Origin: Candidatus Woesearchaeota archaeon
GTDB taxonomy: Archaea > Nanobdellota > Nanobdellia > Woesearchaeales > UBA525
DNA: 39,005 bases
Assembly: GCA_018221245.1 (NCBI GenBank)
Contig: JAAOYH010000027.1
Location: 1-39,005 of the forward strand
Reading direction: 5' to 3'
In this document: positions 8,659-18,069 of the stretch, one piece after another
How the letters are laid out: every line of letters starts with the position of its first letter
How positions within the stretch are numbered: the stretch's first letter is position 1
Position numbers and translations under genes: made by a program
Notes under the pieces: model-generated
Database searches by the model: none
What the model was told of the DNA's origin: nothing
What the model saw: only the letters and a program-made list of their open reading frames with translations

Positions 8659-9588
8659 TCAGGCCCGGGTATCTGACTTCTTTTTGGTCTTCTTGATCTC
8701 CTTCTCCAAGTCCAGCTCAGAGAGGAGCTCTTTGTACCTGTTCCTTATTGTGACCTCTGTCACTCCAGCCACATCAGCGACCTCTCTCTGTGTGCGCTTC
8801 TCATTGTTGATGAGCGCTGCCACGTAGAGGGCTGCAGCCGCGATTCCCGTCGGGCCACGACCAGATGTGAGCTCTATCTCTTGTGCCTGTTCGATAATCT
8901 CGACAGATTTGCTCTGCGTCTCGGCAGGCAGGTTGAGAGCTGATGCGAACCTTGCTATGTAGTCCGCAGGGTTACTCGGCAGTATCTTGATGCCAAGCTC
9001 CCTCGTTATGAACCTGTATGTGCGTCCGATCTCCTTCTTCTCGATACCAGAAGCCTCAGAGAGCTCGTCGAGAGTCCTTGGGACGTCATGGCGCCTACAC
9101 GCAGCGTACAAGGCTCCAGCGACGACAGATTCCATAGATCGTCCTCTCACAAGGCCTTTTTGTACTGCTAGAGTATATACTCTGGAAGCCTCTTCCTCGA
9201 CGGAACGAGGTAGCTTTAGGTAGCTTGATACCCTCTTCAGCTCGGCGAGAGCCAGCTTTAGGTTGCGCTCGATAGCAGTCGATATTCTCTGCTGCCATTT
9301 TCTCAGACGGAAGAACTTGTTCTTGTCACGTACGCCTAGACCGTATAGGTCTCCTTTTCTGCCTACGTCTGTGCCTAGTCCTTGGTCGAACTGTGTGTAC
9401 GACATGGGTGCACCCGTCCTACGTTTCCTCGCGGCTGCTTCTGCATCGAACTCGCGCCATTCCTGGTCGAAGTCCACGGAGTTCTCCTCTATGACGAGAC
9501 CACACTCCCTACAGATAATCTCTCCCTTCTCAGTGTTGAACCAGAGGTTAGTACCCCCACATTCCGGACATTTGCGCACAAAAGACAT
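8659..9588 (-). CDS. tfb: transcription initiation factor IIB (TFB)
   Basis: N-terminal zinc ribbon CPECGG...CRECG, followed by two cyclin-like repeats (e.g. [18 protein letters not shown] and AAALYVAAL...[24 protein letters not shown]). Confidence 0.95.
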   Translation of the reverse strand: MSFVRKCPECGGTNLWFNTEKGEIICRECGLVIEENSVDFDQEWREFDAEAAARKRRTGAPMSYTQFDQGLGTDVGRKGDLYGLGVRDKNKFFRLRKWQQRISTAIERNLKLALAELKRVSSYLKLPRSVEEEASRVYTLAVQKGLVRGRSMESVVAGALYAACRRHDVPRTLDELSEASGIEKKEIGRTYRFITRELGIKILPSNPADYIARFASALNLPAETQSKSVEIIEQAQEIELTSGRGPTGIAAAALYVAALINNEKRTQREVADVAGVTEVTIRNRYKELLSELDLEKEIKKTKKKSDTRA

Positions 9589-9627
9589 TGTAAATTCCCC
9601 CTTTTCTCCCGGCGTTCGCCGAGCGCT

Positions 9628-9638
9628 ATGCTTAAAAA
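9628..9638 (-). promoter_or_regulatory. BRE/TATA element upstream of tfb
   Basis: GCTTAAAAAGG (minus strand CCTTTTTAAGC) about 45 nt upstream of the ATG. A G-rich SD-like GGGGG precedes the start. Confidence 0.45.
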
Positions 9639-9778
9639 GGTTTTGACCAAGTTATTTATAAATGTTTCGGTATGGTTGGCCAATATAAAGACAATAATGC
9701 GAACTGTACCGACAACACAACAACCACCCTTTTAGACAGGTAGAACAATTTATAAACCTAAGAATTGAGAGTGCGAAC

Positions 9779-10213
9779 ATGGCGAAAAAAGCACGTGGTC
9801 AGGCGTGGAGTATGGACCTGGTCATAGGAGTTCTTGTATTCTTGCTCGCAATAGGAATCGTCTACACTTTGCTCAATCAGCAAGCCAGAGAAGACGTTGC
9901 ACCCCTCAGGACCGAGGCAGAGGTTGTAGCAACCAAGCTAACCCAAGACCCTACGACTTCTGTTGCGCCAGGCAACGTTCTAGACATGGACAAACTATAC
10001 TCAATTACAGCAGGCAATAAACAGTATGAAGATCTTCAAGAAGAACTAGGCATAAAGAACGAGTTCTGCATTTACTTAGTGGACGAGGATGGCAATGTCG
10101 CACACATTTTAGACCCCTCTAATCCCAACGCACCGAAGTATACAGGCATAGGCTCAGGCACCGGTGAAGTCATGATTGCAGGCATCGAGTGTGGCAAAGC
10201 AATTCCACCATGA
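9779..10213 (+). CDS. putative type IV pilin-like (class III signal peptide) protein
   Basis: The N-terminus MAKKARGQAWSMDLVIGVLVFLLAIGIVYTLL has a basic stretch, then G/Q, then a hydrophobic helix, resembling archaeal prepilin signals. TATA TTTATAAA lies about 25 nt upstream of the ATG. Confidence 0.45.
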   Translation: MAKKARGQAWSMDLVIGVLVFLLAIGIVYTLLNQQAREDVAPLRTEAEVVATKLTQDPTTSVAPGNVLDMDKLYSITAGNKQYEDLQEELGIKNEFCIYLVDEDGNVAHILDPSNPNAPKYTGIGSGTGEVMIAGIECGKAIPP

Positions 10214-10644
10214 TTCCTCTAATCTCTTCTGTAATAATTTTGTACATTGGCCTATTCATAGGGTTCAGGGCTGCCAAGGATGTGCAGGACGAGATAATCC
10301 CTAGCAGACAATACTTACTGATAGCAATGGATGCACTGCTAGTCATATCTGCAGGGATAGTTCTCTGGAACGTCAACACTCTCGCAGTTATAATCGGAGT
10401 GGTAGCACTAATAGCCGTAAGACAAATATGGGGCATGCAAAAAATATTCGCACCAATTAGCGGCTTCATCCTAGCAGGGGCGTTTTTCGTGTCATCTGAA
10501 GTCTTCATCACCGTTTCTGTCGTCTTGCTCGTCATGAATTATATCAAAGGCGCAGAATCAAAAAAGATCAGCAACTTTGCAATTAAGGGAATCTCACAAC
10601 CCATTGCAGCAATCATATTCGGGATAGCGCTAAATAGCATCTGA
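10210..10644 (+). CDS. polytopic membrane protein (4-5 predicted helices)
   Basis: Hydrophobic throughout. The ATG at 10210 overlaps the previous stop (ATGA). Confidence 0.55.
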   Translation: MIPLISSVIILYIGLFIGFRAAKDVQDEIIPSRQYLLIAMDALLVISAGIVLWNVNTLAVIIGVVALIAVRQIWGMQKIFAPISGFILAGAFFVSSEVFITVSVVLLVMNYIKGAESKKISNFAIKGISQPIAAIIFGIALNSI

Positions 10645-11367
10645 GATTATCCCATCAGCGCCACGCTTTTTTACGACTCCCGCAAGAGCAGGCCTTGTCT
10701 TGTAAACCATCACCCTTATTCCTTTCTCGTGCGCCCCTTGTATGAACTTTCTGAAAGCCAAAAGGACGGGCACCTGGATGCTGTACAAGGGAAGCAATGG
10801 AAGATCAGACAGGTTCTCCTCGTATTTTCTGCCCAGGCCGTGCATACTGTCAAAATCTTCCTTCTTATCATATGCCAACTCCACTCCTTTCCTATCCATC
10901 GGCTTGTGAACTTTCGAAGGTGCTTCCTTTCTGAACGGATATGAGAGCCCTAGCTTCAGCCTCGGAGCGAGGGCGTGGAACTTCTGTAAAGCTATTGGAG
11001 ACCACGCAGTCAGCACTGCACTCTCCAGCAAGTCATGACGTTCGAGAGATCTTACCAAGGATCTTTCCTCCCCTCTGTCATGCACGTCCAGGTAGAGCAG
11101 TTTGTCTTCTCCGAAAGAGGCGAACAGGGCCAGAAGGTCCTCTACAGGCACTACCTCTCTCCTAATAGCCGAATAATTTGTGGTGTGTACCCTTTCAATC
11201 TGGCGCGCACGTTCCTTGAACTTTGACGTGGTTATAGAGACCCATTTTTTGTCCTTTGTGAGCCACAAGTCATGCATGATTCCTGTTGCTCTGCCCTGCA
11301 GTGCAGCTCTGGAAGCACGAACAGTATTATCAGGATACCCCTGCCCTCTGCCGCAATGGCTTATCAT
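10630..11367 (-). CDS. glycerophosphodiester phosphodiesterase (GDPD) family protein
   Basis: N-terminus MISHCGRGQGYPDNTVRA (compare the GDPD HRG...ENT motif), LTKDKKWV, and C-terminal GADGIISD. The ATG at 11367 is 1 nt after the stop of the upstream gene. Confidence 0.65.
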   Translation of the reverse strand: MISHCGRGQGYPDNTVRASRAALQGRATGIMHDLWLTKDKKWVSITTSKFKERARQIERVHTTNYSAIRREVVPVEDLLALFASFGEDKLLYLDVHDRGEERSLVRSLERHDLLESAVLTAWSPIALQKFHALAPRLKLGLSYPFRKEAPSKVHKPMDRKGVELAYDKKEDFDSMHGLGRKYEENLSDLPLLPLYSIQVPVLLAFRKFIQGAHEKGIRVMVYKTRPALAGVVKKRGADGIISDAI

Positions 11368-11368
11368 C

Positions 11369-11680
11369 TCAAAACTTGTACGGGTCAAACCCAATCACCT
11401 TTGAGTCTTTTATTTCAACTCCTTCTTTCTTCAGGATTGCGATTTTCTTCTTGATCTCTTTTCCTTTACGATGCCCACTGAATCCTCCTATACTACTATC
11501 AGAAGCGACGACTCTATGGCAGGGCACCTTTGGCGCGTAAGGGTTTCTCTTCAGGGCCTGGCCTACTGCCTGCGAGCTTCCACAACCGATGGCTAAAGCC
11601 AGCTCTTTGTACGTGGTCACCTTACCCTTTGGAACTTTTTTCAGTTTCGAGTAGACCCTCTCTTGGAAATCAGTTGTCAT
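11369..11680 (-). CDS. ogt: methylated-DNA-protein-cysteine methyltransferase, catalytic/DNA-binding domain only
   Basis: 103 aa with the PCHRVV active-site motif and VTTYKELA...GQALKRNP. Confidence 0.8.
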   Translation of the reverse strand: MTTDFQERVYSKLKKVPKGKVTTYKELALAIGCGSSQAVGQALKRNPYAPKVPCHRVVASDSSIGGFSGHRKGKEIKKKIAILKKEGVEIKDSKVIGFDPYKF

Positions 11681-12270
11681 TTCAGCACACCCCTGATTTT
11701 TTCGTACGATTCATGGTTATAGCTCTTCTTGTATTCTTTGGCTAGGAGAATCAGTTTTTCCTTGTTTATGTTGATGCTCTTTTCTTTGAGAAAAACTGTT
11801 AGTCTTGTGCTAGTGAGCCACTGGCAGAGCTGCGTCACGTTCTGTGGCTTCTCCGTCTCTCGGGCACGCTCGAAGTCTATCTGGATAGGTTTGTTTTTCC
11901 TGATGAGTATATGCTTGTAGGGCCGGGTCATCTCCTCTTTTGATATGTTTGCCTCGTCCATAATTCTGCACTGTTCCAGAACATCTAGCAGTAGTTTTTT
12001 TATGTCTTCTGTGGGCTTGTCCTGTGCCCAATCCAGGAACTCTGTTCCTTCTATGAACTCCCTAATCAATTTACCATCCTCGTAAGCGATGAACTTAGGA
12101 CCTATGCCTAGAGGGTTGAGCCGTTTTAGCATCTCTGCCTCGTTTGCAAGGGTATCTATATCTGCTGCAGGGTTATGCTCCTTGATGAGAACTTTCTCGT
12201 TTTCGTGCTTCGCGGTATAGACTATGCCTCTCCTGCCTTTTGCATAGTATTCCTTGTCAGTCAGATCCAT
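11677..12270 (-). CDS. small archaeal-type Ser/Thr protein kinase-like protein
   Basis: G-loop-like KGRRGIVYTA, VLIKE, EAEMLKRLN, REFIEG, IQIDFERA and NVTQ strings, as in small RIO/Bud32-related archaeal kinases. Confidence 0.6.
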   Translation of the reverse strand: MDLTDKEYYAKGRRGIVYTAKHENEKVLIKEHNPAADIDTLANEAEMLKRLNPLGIGPKFIAYEDGKLIREFIEGTEFLDWAQDKPTEDIKKLLLDVLEQCRIMDEANISKEEMTRPYKHILIRKNKPIQIDFERARETEKPQNVTQLCQWLTSTRLTVFLKEKSININKEKLILLAKEYKKSYNHESYEKIRGVLK

Positions 12271-12781
12271 CCGACCTCCAAATTCTGTAAACGTACAATC
12301 TTTCCATGAACATTGCGAGCATCCCCAGCTCTTCGTGATGATACTTTAGATTTCTCAACTCGTTGTCTATCATCTCCTTGTTTGTTAGCGAGCTGAATAG
12401 GAACAGGATATTGCCATCTGGGTTAAGATGCTTCTTTGCTTCTTTTAGGAACTTGATAGACCACTCCCATCCGTTCTTTCCTCCATAGAGTGCGGCGTCT
12501 TCATCGTTTTTTTCGTTCGGTAGGTACGGTGGGTTGCAGATTATTGTGTCGAACTTCTCTTCTATGTTAGAGAACATGTTACTCTTTCTTGTCTCCAAAT
12601 CTTTTTGTTCTAGAGCTTCATCGTTTATGTCAACAGCAAGAACTTCTGTGACTTTAGGATTCTCTTTTGCAGCTCTAGCTTGAACACCTGAACCAGTTCC
12701 CATGTCCAGGACCTTTCCTCTTGCGTGTTCTACAACGAACTTTCTAAGAAATTCAGAGTCCTCCCTAGGAGCGTATACCAT
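12257..12781 (-). CDS. HemK/Mtq2-like N5-glutamine methyltransferase
   Basis: SAM motif VLDMGTGSG and catalytic NPPY (IICNPPYLP). N-terminal VYAPREDS is typical of the archaeal HemK-related family. Confidence 0.8.
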   Translation of the reverse strand: MVYAPREDSEFLRKFVVEHARGKVLDMGTGSGVQARAAKENPKVTEVLAVDINDEALEQKDLETRKSNMFSNIEEKFDTIICNPPYLPNEKNDEDAALYGGKNGWEWSIKFLKEAKKHLNPDGNILFLFSSLTNKEMIDNELRNLKYHHEELGMLAMFMERLYVYRIWRSDGSD

Positions 12782-12867
12782 GAGATTTAGTAATAGGACT
12801 GGTTATTATAGCCTTTGCAAACATTGAATTCCATTAAGAATAAATAACCCCCTCTATAATTAAGTTC

Positions 12868-13326
12868 ATGAGGAAATCGCTTGTTATCACAATCATAATT
12901 CTAGCATTATTAGTTGGCCCTTTCATTTTTGACATCATTGAAGGATTAATATATTCCCCAAAGGATTTTAATATGAATCGCTGTCAAAGAAATCAAACAT
13001 TGTCAGTTGGACAATCATGCTATCTACAAGTCGAAGATATTGATGCTTTTAATTATAGGTGTCCTTGGAGATATATATTTTTCTTACACCCTAAACACCT
13101 ACTTATTCGCACAGGCACTCTTGGATTCATAAAAGCAGATTATTTTACATATGACACAGAGGCATTCTTGATAGAAAATATTACTCACTCAACCATGTGT
13201 AAGATTAAAACATACAGGACTCTGGAAGCAAAAAATACCGGAACCTATGAAGTAAAGTTTAGATATCTATTAGACCCCTCACCATATGCTGAAAATTTCA
13301 GAGTCATCAACCTGACAGTGATTTAG
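12868..13326 (+). CDS. hypothetical membrane-anchored protein
   Basis: N-terminal hydrophobic helix (LVITIIILALLVGPFIF). No family recognised. Confidence 0.45.
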   Translation: MRKSLVITIIILALLVGPFIFDIIEGLIYSPKDFNMNRCQRNQTLSVGQSCYLQVEDIDAFNYRCPWRYIFFLHPKHLLIRTGTLGFIKADYFTYDTEAFLIENITHSTMCKIKTYRTLEAKNTGTYEVKFRYLLDPSPYAENFRVINLTVI

Positions 13327-13889
13327 TGCCCACTGTACTGTCTCCATATCTTGAGATCCAACTCTGCTATGTCCTCATCTCCTGCTAATCTTATGAACTC
13401 CTGCTCCAACTCAAGATATTTCTTTGCTGAAAGGGATTTAGGAACCTCTATACCATTATCTTTTAGGAACTTCAGCAAGTGCGTATCAAGAATTGCGTAT
13501 TTCTGGTTTGGTCTTGAATGCACTATGAAAAAACGAGAAGTTTTTGGCCCTACACCTGGCAAGGATTCTAGTTCAGAAACAGAGACTGTCTTCAAATCGT
13601 AGCCTCTTGATATTGTCTCGCTCAGCACTCGTTCTATCCTGTTATACTGTCCTAGGCCGTTTCTCTTCAAGGCATCCTTCAGTCTGTCCAGAACGATGAG
13701 GAAAGCAATCCTCTGAAGAGGAGTTCTCTTCTTTACCTCTGTAGGCAAGAACGGGTCATTGAGCATACTATCTACACCGCGAGCTGTTGTCATCGCGTTC
13801 TTGCCAGGAACACAGACACAAAATATCCAGAGCTCTTCCAGCTCTTCAGAAGTTCTCGAGAAATCCGTAATCTCTCTGGGATCTATCAT
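13323..13889 (-). CDS. ogg: 8-oxoguanine DNA glycosylase/AP lyase, archaeal Ogg2 type (HhH-GPD superfamily)
   Basis: LPGVGPKTSRFFIV (HhH with candidate catalytic Lys), AILDTHLLKFL (Asp), PKSLSAKKYLELEQEF and ELDLKIW match my recollection of the M. jannaschii Ogg pattern. Confidence 0.7.
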   Translation of the reverse strand: MIDPREITDFSRTSEELEELWIFCVCVPGKNAMTTARGVDSMLNDPFLPTEVKKRTPLQRIAFLIVLDRLKDALKRNGLGQYNRIERVLSETISRGYDLKTVSVSELESLPGVGPKTSRFFIVHSRPNQKYAILDTHLLKFLKDNGIEVPKSLSAKKYLELEQEFIRLAGDEDIAELDLKIWRQYSGH

Positions 13890-14344
13890 AAGTCAAAGGT
13901 CTTGTCAATCTCCTGAACATATTCCTTCACTCGGGAGATTATGGACGCTAGATAGTACTTTTCGAGGTTCTCCTCAAAGATGTCCATTATCGAGGTGTTC
14001 TCTCTCACCCTATAGTTATTCTTGACTTTCTCCACCAAGAAAACGTCACGCAAACGCAAGAGCTGTCGCCTGATGTTGCTTGGCGCGATGCCGAGCAGTT
14101 CCAGACCTGCCTCTTTCCGTTTTTCGATCACTCGCCTCTCGACTTCAGTGGATGTAAGCTCGCGCTCAGCCTCTAGAACAGCCTGTAGGACGTCCACGAC
14201 AACATCTCGAGAATCCCCAGGTTGAAGCAGCCCTAAAGAGAGGCAGAGTTTACGTACGAGCTCTCTGCGCGATTCACCACTTGGTTTCTCATACTTGCGT
14301 AAAGTGAGTTCTGCTAGTGGCGTATCAACGCTAATCTTTCCCAA
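13886..14344 (-). CDS. conserved archaeal winged-helix DNA-binding protein
   Basis: ELTLRKYEKP...RELVRKLCLSLGLLQPGDSRDVVVDVL. TTG start preceded by SD-like GGGGG. Overlaps ogg by 4 nt. Confidence 0.55.
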   Translation of the reverse strand: MGKISVDTPLAELTLRKYEKPSGESRRELVRKLCLSLGLLQPGDSRDVVVDVLQAVLEAERELTSTEVERRVIEKRKEAGLELLGIAPSNIRRQLLRLRDVFLVEKVKNNYRVRENTSIMDIFEENLEKYYLASIISRVKEYVQEIDKTFDL

Positions 14345-14439
14345 CTGTAACCCCCTAAGTTAGCGGGAAAGGTGGTGTATTTAAACGTTTTGCTCAAAAG
14401 TTTTTATCGGCGAGAGGTAATTACTGCAAAATTGGAAGA

Positions 14440-17400
14440 TTAAGAACTGTTTAGAGTGAATCCTATAGTTATGCTCTTTTCACGTATTTTGCGTTCATCA
14501 GAGTGCTCGTGACTCTCCATCGCGTTGAAAGTTACCTTCGTCGCGCCGGTTTTTTCTGCTATCTCGTTCTCAGTTCCCTTTAGGTACTCTGTGACCTCGC
14601 CATCAATCGATAGAACTATTCGGTCTGATTTTACAAGGCCTGCTTTCTTGCGTAGTTGTTGTACACTCCTGACCGTTTCACGGAGGTATCCCTCAGACTC
14701 TAGCTCTGGAGTTCTAGTAGTATCCAAGAAAACTCTTAGGTTTGGTGAGTCAGCGAAGAAATACGGTTCTTTCGCTATTCGTTTAATCTTGAGGTGTTCT
14801 TCTTTCACAGTCTTTCCCTGAATCTCTATCTCTTCCTTCTCATCTTTTAGCATCCTGAGGATTTCATCTCCATTGGATTTTATCAGAGCTATCACATCAG
14901 CAGTTTCTTCTCCGTGGAACTTGCCAAGCGTTCCGTAGTTTATGTCGAACTCATAATCTAATGGCGTCTTTCCAAAGCTGACCTGTTTGGTGTTGGTCTG
15001 GGTCTTGATCAGATCCTCTGCTAATTTGAGTGCCTCTTGCAGGTCCTCAGCACAGGATATCTTGACATCCTGAACAGGCCATCTTACTCCCAGCCGTGCT
15101 TTGTCGCGCGCAAATAGTATTGCTGTGATTGCCTCTTTCGCAGTCTCAAACCCTTTCTCGAGACTCTCATCTTGTAGCTCCTTGTTTGGTGTTGGCCAGT
15201 TCCTGAGATGGACTGAGTCTTCCTTGCAATGCTCAGGAAATGCGCCTTTCAGGTTCTGGTATATCTGTTCTGAAATGAATGGTGACACTGGAGCCATCAG
15301 AGTTATCCCTTCTAGCATGGCGTGGAGTATCGTGCTTATGACTAGCTGTTTCTCTTCGCTTGTACCTTGGGTCGCTTTCTCTCTTACGAGCTGGATGTAT
15401 GTTCTGCTCAACTCCAGAAGGAACTCTTCTGGCACTGATACTGTCTCGTTAAGTAAGATGTTTTCGAACTTCTCAGTCATCGAGTTCACAGAAGTGTTGA
15501 GCCTGCTAAGAATGTACTTCTCTTCCATTCCCGCCTTTGATATATCATATTCTTTGAGTGGCTCTATCTTTGAGTTGGCCGCGAGATCCACCAAGTATTT
15601 GTGGGTATTCCAGATAACGATGAGATTGCGGAACTTGACTTCCAGATCTTCGAAGTTGTAGTTCATATCATACCCAGGATTTGCCGCGCCAATCATGTAT
15701 AATCTAGTCGCGTCCACACCGTATTTCTCCGTGACCTCTTCCGGAAGGATGTAGTTGCCCTCGCTCTTGCTCATCTTTCTTCCTTGGCTGTCGTTCACGA
15801 AACCGTGCATGTAGCATGATTTGAAGCTGGGCGTACCTAGAGCGACCATGCTAGTTATGTGAAGTAGGTTGAACCATCCGCGAATCTGATCCTTGCCTTC
15901 CAGAATGAAGTCTGCAGGATACCATTCTTCCATCCTGTCCTTTTGCTGAGGAAAGTCTAGGCAGTTCCAAGAAGCAGTGCCTGCGTCTACCCATACATCA
16001 AGAACATCAGGCACTCGTTCGTATGTCTTTCCATCTCGTTCGATCTTGATCACATCCAGTGTTGGGATGTGTAGATCATCTGGCTCAGTAATTCCTGCCA
16101 GTTCCGCGAGCTCTTTTGCGCTGCCAACAACAATGTAATCTTCAGGATCTTCAGTGTTTCTCCAGATTGGTAGGGGGGTTCCCCAGTAGCGCTGCTTGCT
16201 GATGCTGTTATCCCTGAGGTTTTCTAGCCAGTTGCTGAACGCGTTGTACGCTGCCTTGGGCTGCCAGGTTATCTTGTCGTTCTCAGCTATCAGCTTTTCC
16301 TTGATGTCTTCTACCTTTAGGAACCATTGTTTTGTCGCGCGGTAGATGACTGGCGTCTTGCTTCTTTCACCGAAAGCATAATCGTGTACGTAATCGTGAG
16401 TGAATAATAGCGAGCCTGTCTTGTCTATGGCTTCTGTGAACTTGTCATCATCTGTTTTTGCTTTCAGGCCTTCCAGTCCTGGCAGCTCTTGCATGTAACC
16501 GTGGATGTCTAGGGTGTTGAACGGCTTTATGCCGTTTCTGTGCCCCACCTCGTAGTCCTCCGGGCCACACCCTGGTGCGCAATGAACGAGCCCCGTTCCT
16601 GTAGTTGTATCTACATACTCAGTGCTCATCAAGACAGTGTGAACTTTAGGCATGTCTGCTTTCAGCTTCTTGTACTGTGGGAAATCAAAGATGTGCGTGT
16701 AATCTAGTCCTTCCAGTTCTGCTCCTTTGAACTTTTTCTCTATCACAAACTCTTCCTTGAGTTTCTTCTGCAAGAAATCATCGACAAGATCCTCTGCGAG
16801 TATCCAGACTTGGCTCTTTCCTTCATGAGTGACTCTTGCTTTGACGTAAGTTACTTCTGGGTTTGCCATGACTGCCAGGTTGAATGGAATCGTCCAGGGA
16901 GTTGTGGTCCAGATGACTAGGTACTCGTCGTCCTTGACGTGGAACTTCACATAGATTGCCTTGTCCTCTACTTGTTTGTAGATGAGCTCGTGCTTCGCGA
17001 GTGCCGTTGCTGCATGGGCGTCCCAAGTCATGGCCCTCTCTCCTTCATAGAGCCTTCCTTGCTCGTGGGCTTTCTTGATGAGCCACCACTCGCCCTCCAT
17101 CCATGACTTGCTCATGGTCTGGTATGCATTGTCGAAGTCCATCCATACTCCTAGGGATTTGAACGTCTCGTTCATCTGCAGGAGGTTCTCAGTACAGAGT
17201 GTCTTGCACTCTTTGATGAATCTCTCTTTGCCGAACTTCTCTATCTCTTCTTTGCCGGAGATGCCGAGCTTGCGTTCCGTGGCGTTCTCTGTAGGAAGGC
17301 CGTGCATGTCGTATCCTGCGCGGTCCCAGACATCGAAGCCGCGCATGCGCTTGTACCTTAGGATTAGATCTTTCAAGGCCTTGTTCCATGCTGTTCCTAT

Positions 17401-17553
17401 GTGGACCTTTCCAGTCGTGTAGGGTGGTCCGTCTAGGAAATAGAACTTTTTGTTGCCTGCGTTCTTGAGCTTTGCACTCCTGTAAGTATCCTGTTTCTGC
17501 CAGAGCTCTCGGACGCCCTCTTCTACTTCCTTGAATTGATAGCCACCGGCCAT
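14440..17553 (-). CDS. ileS: isoleucyl-tRNA synthetase
   Basis: 1037 aa with HIGH motif (GKVHIGTAWNK), KMSKS, a CP1 editing region and typical class Ia length. Confidence 0.97.
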   Translation of the reverse strand: MAGGYQFKEVEEGVRELWQKQDTYRSAKLKNAGNKKFYFLDGPPYTTGKVHIGTAWNKALKDLILRYKRMRGFDVWDRAGYDMHGLPTENATERKLGISGKEEIEKFGKERFIKECKTLCTENLLQMNETFKSLGVWMDFDNAYQTMSKSWMEGEWWLIKKAHEQGRLYEGERAMTWDAHAATALAKHELIYKQVEDKAIYVKFHVKDDEYLVIWTTTPWTIPFNLAVMANPEVTYVKARVTHEGKSQVWILAEDLVDDFLQKKLKEEFVIEKKFKGAELEGLDYTHIFDFPQYKKLKADMPKVHTVLMSTEYVDTTTGTGLVHCAPGCGPEDYEVGHRNGIKPFNTLDIHGYMQELPGLEGLKAKTDDDKFTEAIDKTGSLLFTHDYVHDYAFGERSKTPVIYRATKQWFLKVEDIKEKLIAENDKITWQPKAAYNAFSNWLENLRDNSISKQRYWGTPLPIWRNTEDPEDYIVVGSAKELAELAGITEPDDLHIPTLDVIKIERDGKTYERVPDVLDVWVDAGTASWNCLDFPQQKDRMEEWYPADFILEGKDQIRGWFNLLHITSMVALGTPSFKSCYMHGFVNDSQGRKMSKSEGNYILPEEVTEKYGVDATRLYMIGAANPGYDMNYNFEDLEVKFRNLIVIWNTHKYLVDLAANSKIEPLKEYDISKAGMEEKYILSRLNTSVNSMTEKFENILLNETVSVPEEFLLELSRTYIQLVREKATQGTSEEKQLVISTILHAMLEGITLMAPVSPFISEQIYQNLKGAFPEHCKEDSVHLRNWPTPNKELQDESLEKGFETAKEAITAILFARDKARLGVRWPVQDVKISCAEDLQEALKLAEDLIKTQTNTKQVSFGKTPLDYEFDINYGTLGKFHGEETADVIALIKSNGDEILRMLKDEKEEIEIQGKTVKEEHLKIKRIAKEPYFFADSPNLRVFLDTTRTPELESEGYLRETVRSVQQLRKKAGLVKSDRIVLSIDGEVTEYLKGTENEIAEKTGATKVTFNAMESHEHSDERKIREKSITIGFTLNSS

Positions 17554-17573
17554 GACTCTCAGAGGCTTCCTGA

Positions 17574-17585
17574 CCGTTTAAAAGG
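17574..17585. promoter_or_regulatory. palindromic TATA element between divergent ileS and the zinc-ribbon gene
   Basis: CCGTTTAAAAGG is centred about 27 nt from the ileS ATG (17553). A second box, GCTTAAAAACG (17607-17617), faces the plus-strand gene. Confidence 0.5.
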
Positions 17586-17629
17586 TTTTGCTCGATACGC
17601 TTAAAAACGTGCGAACTCTAGGACGAGTG

Positions 17630-18022
17630 ATGGGTGCGCATACTAAGACACGATGGTTACATGTTGGCTGCCCGATGTGCGGGCATACCCGGATGTCCGG
17701 CTCTGCTTCTGCAGGATACAGTTGCACGAAGTGCCGTGCCCAGTTCTCAGCGAGATTCATGAGACACCTGAGGAGAAAACACTTTCAAGAGATTATTAAG
17801 AAGAGTTTCTCGGTTTCTAAACCAATACCTCCTCCTTTGGCGGTTGATCATATAGAGGTGGGCGTAGAAGAGAAGTTTTCCGTGCCCGTAGATTCTCTCG
17901 AGGAGTACCTAGATATCAAGGATGCGTTCCAGGATGTGCAACGCAAGTATGTCGAGAGGGGTCCTAAGAAAAAGGCGAAGAAGAAATCTAAGACTAAAAA
18001 GCGGAAAGCGAAGAAGCACTAG
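17630..18022 (+). CDS. zinc-ribbon protein with a poly-lysine C-terminal tail
   Basis: CPMC...CTKC ribbon. The tail is GPKKKAKKKSKTKKRKAKKH. ATG at 17630. Confidence 0.5.
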   Translation: MGAHTKTRWLHVGCPMCGHTRMSGSASAGYSCTKCRAQFSARFMRHLRRKHFQEIIKKSFSVSKPIPPPLAVDHIEVGVEEKFSVPVDSLEEYLDIKDAFQDVQRKYVERGPKKKAKKKSKTKKRKAKKH

Positions 18023-18069
18023 ACATTCTGTCGTAACGCTTATATATCATTCTTGTACATTACCGATAT

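Noticed and set aside
9263-9735. Two long plus-strand ORFs (127 and 117 aa) antisense to tfb
   Set aside because: They lie entirely within or antisense to a confidently identified TFB gene and give Ser/Pro/Arg-rich, low-complexity products typical of antisense frames.
14525-17422. Several 60-190-aa ORFs on either strand within ileS (e.g. 15101-15661, 17075-17422, 16823-17026)
   Set aside because: All are nested in alternative frames or antisense to a full-length, motif-complete IleRS gene, and their products are Ser/Arg/Leu-rich.
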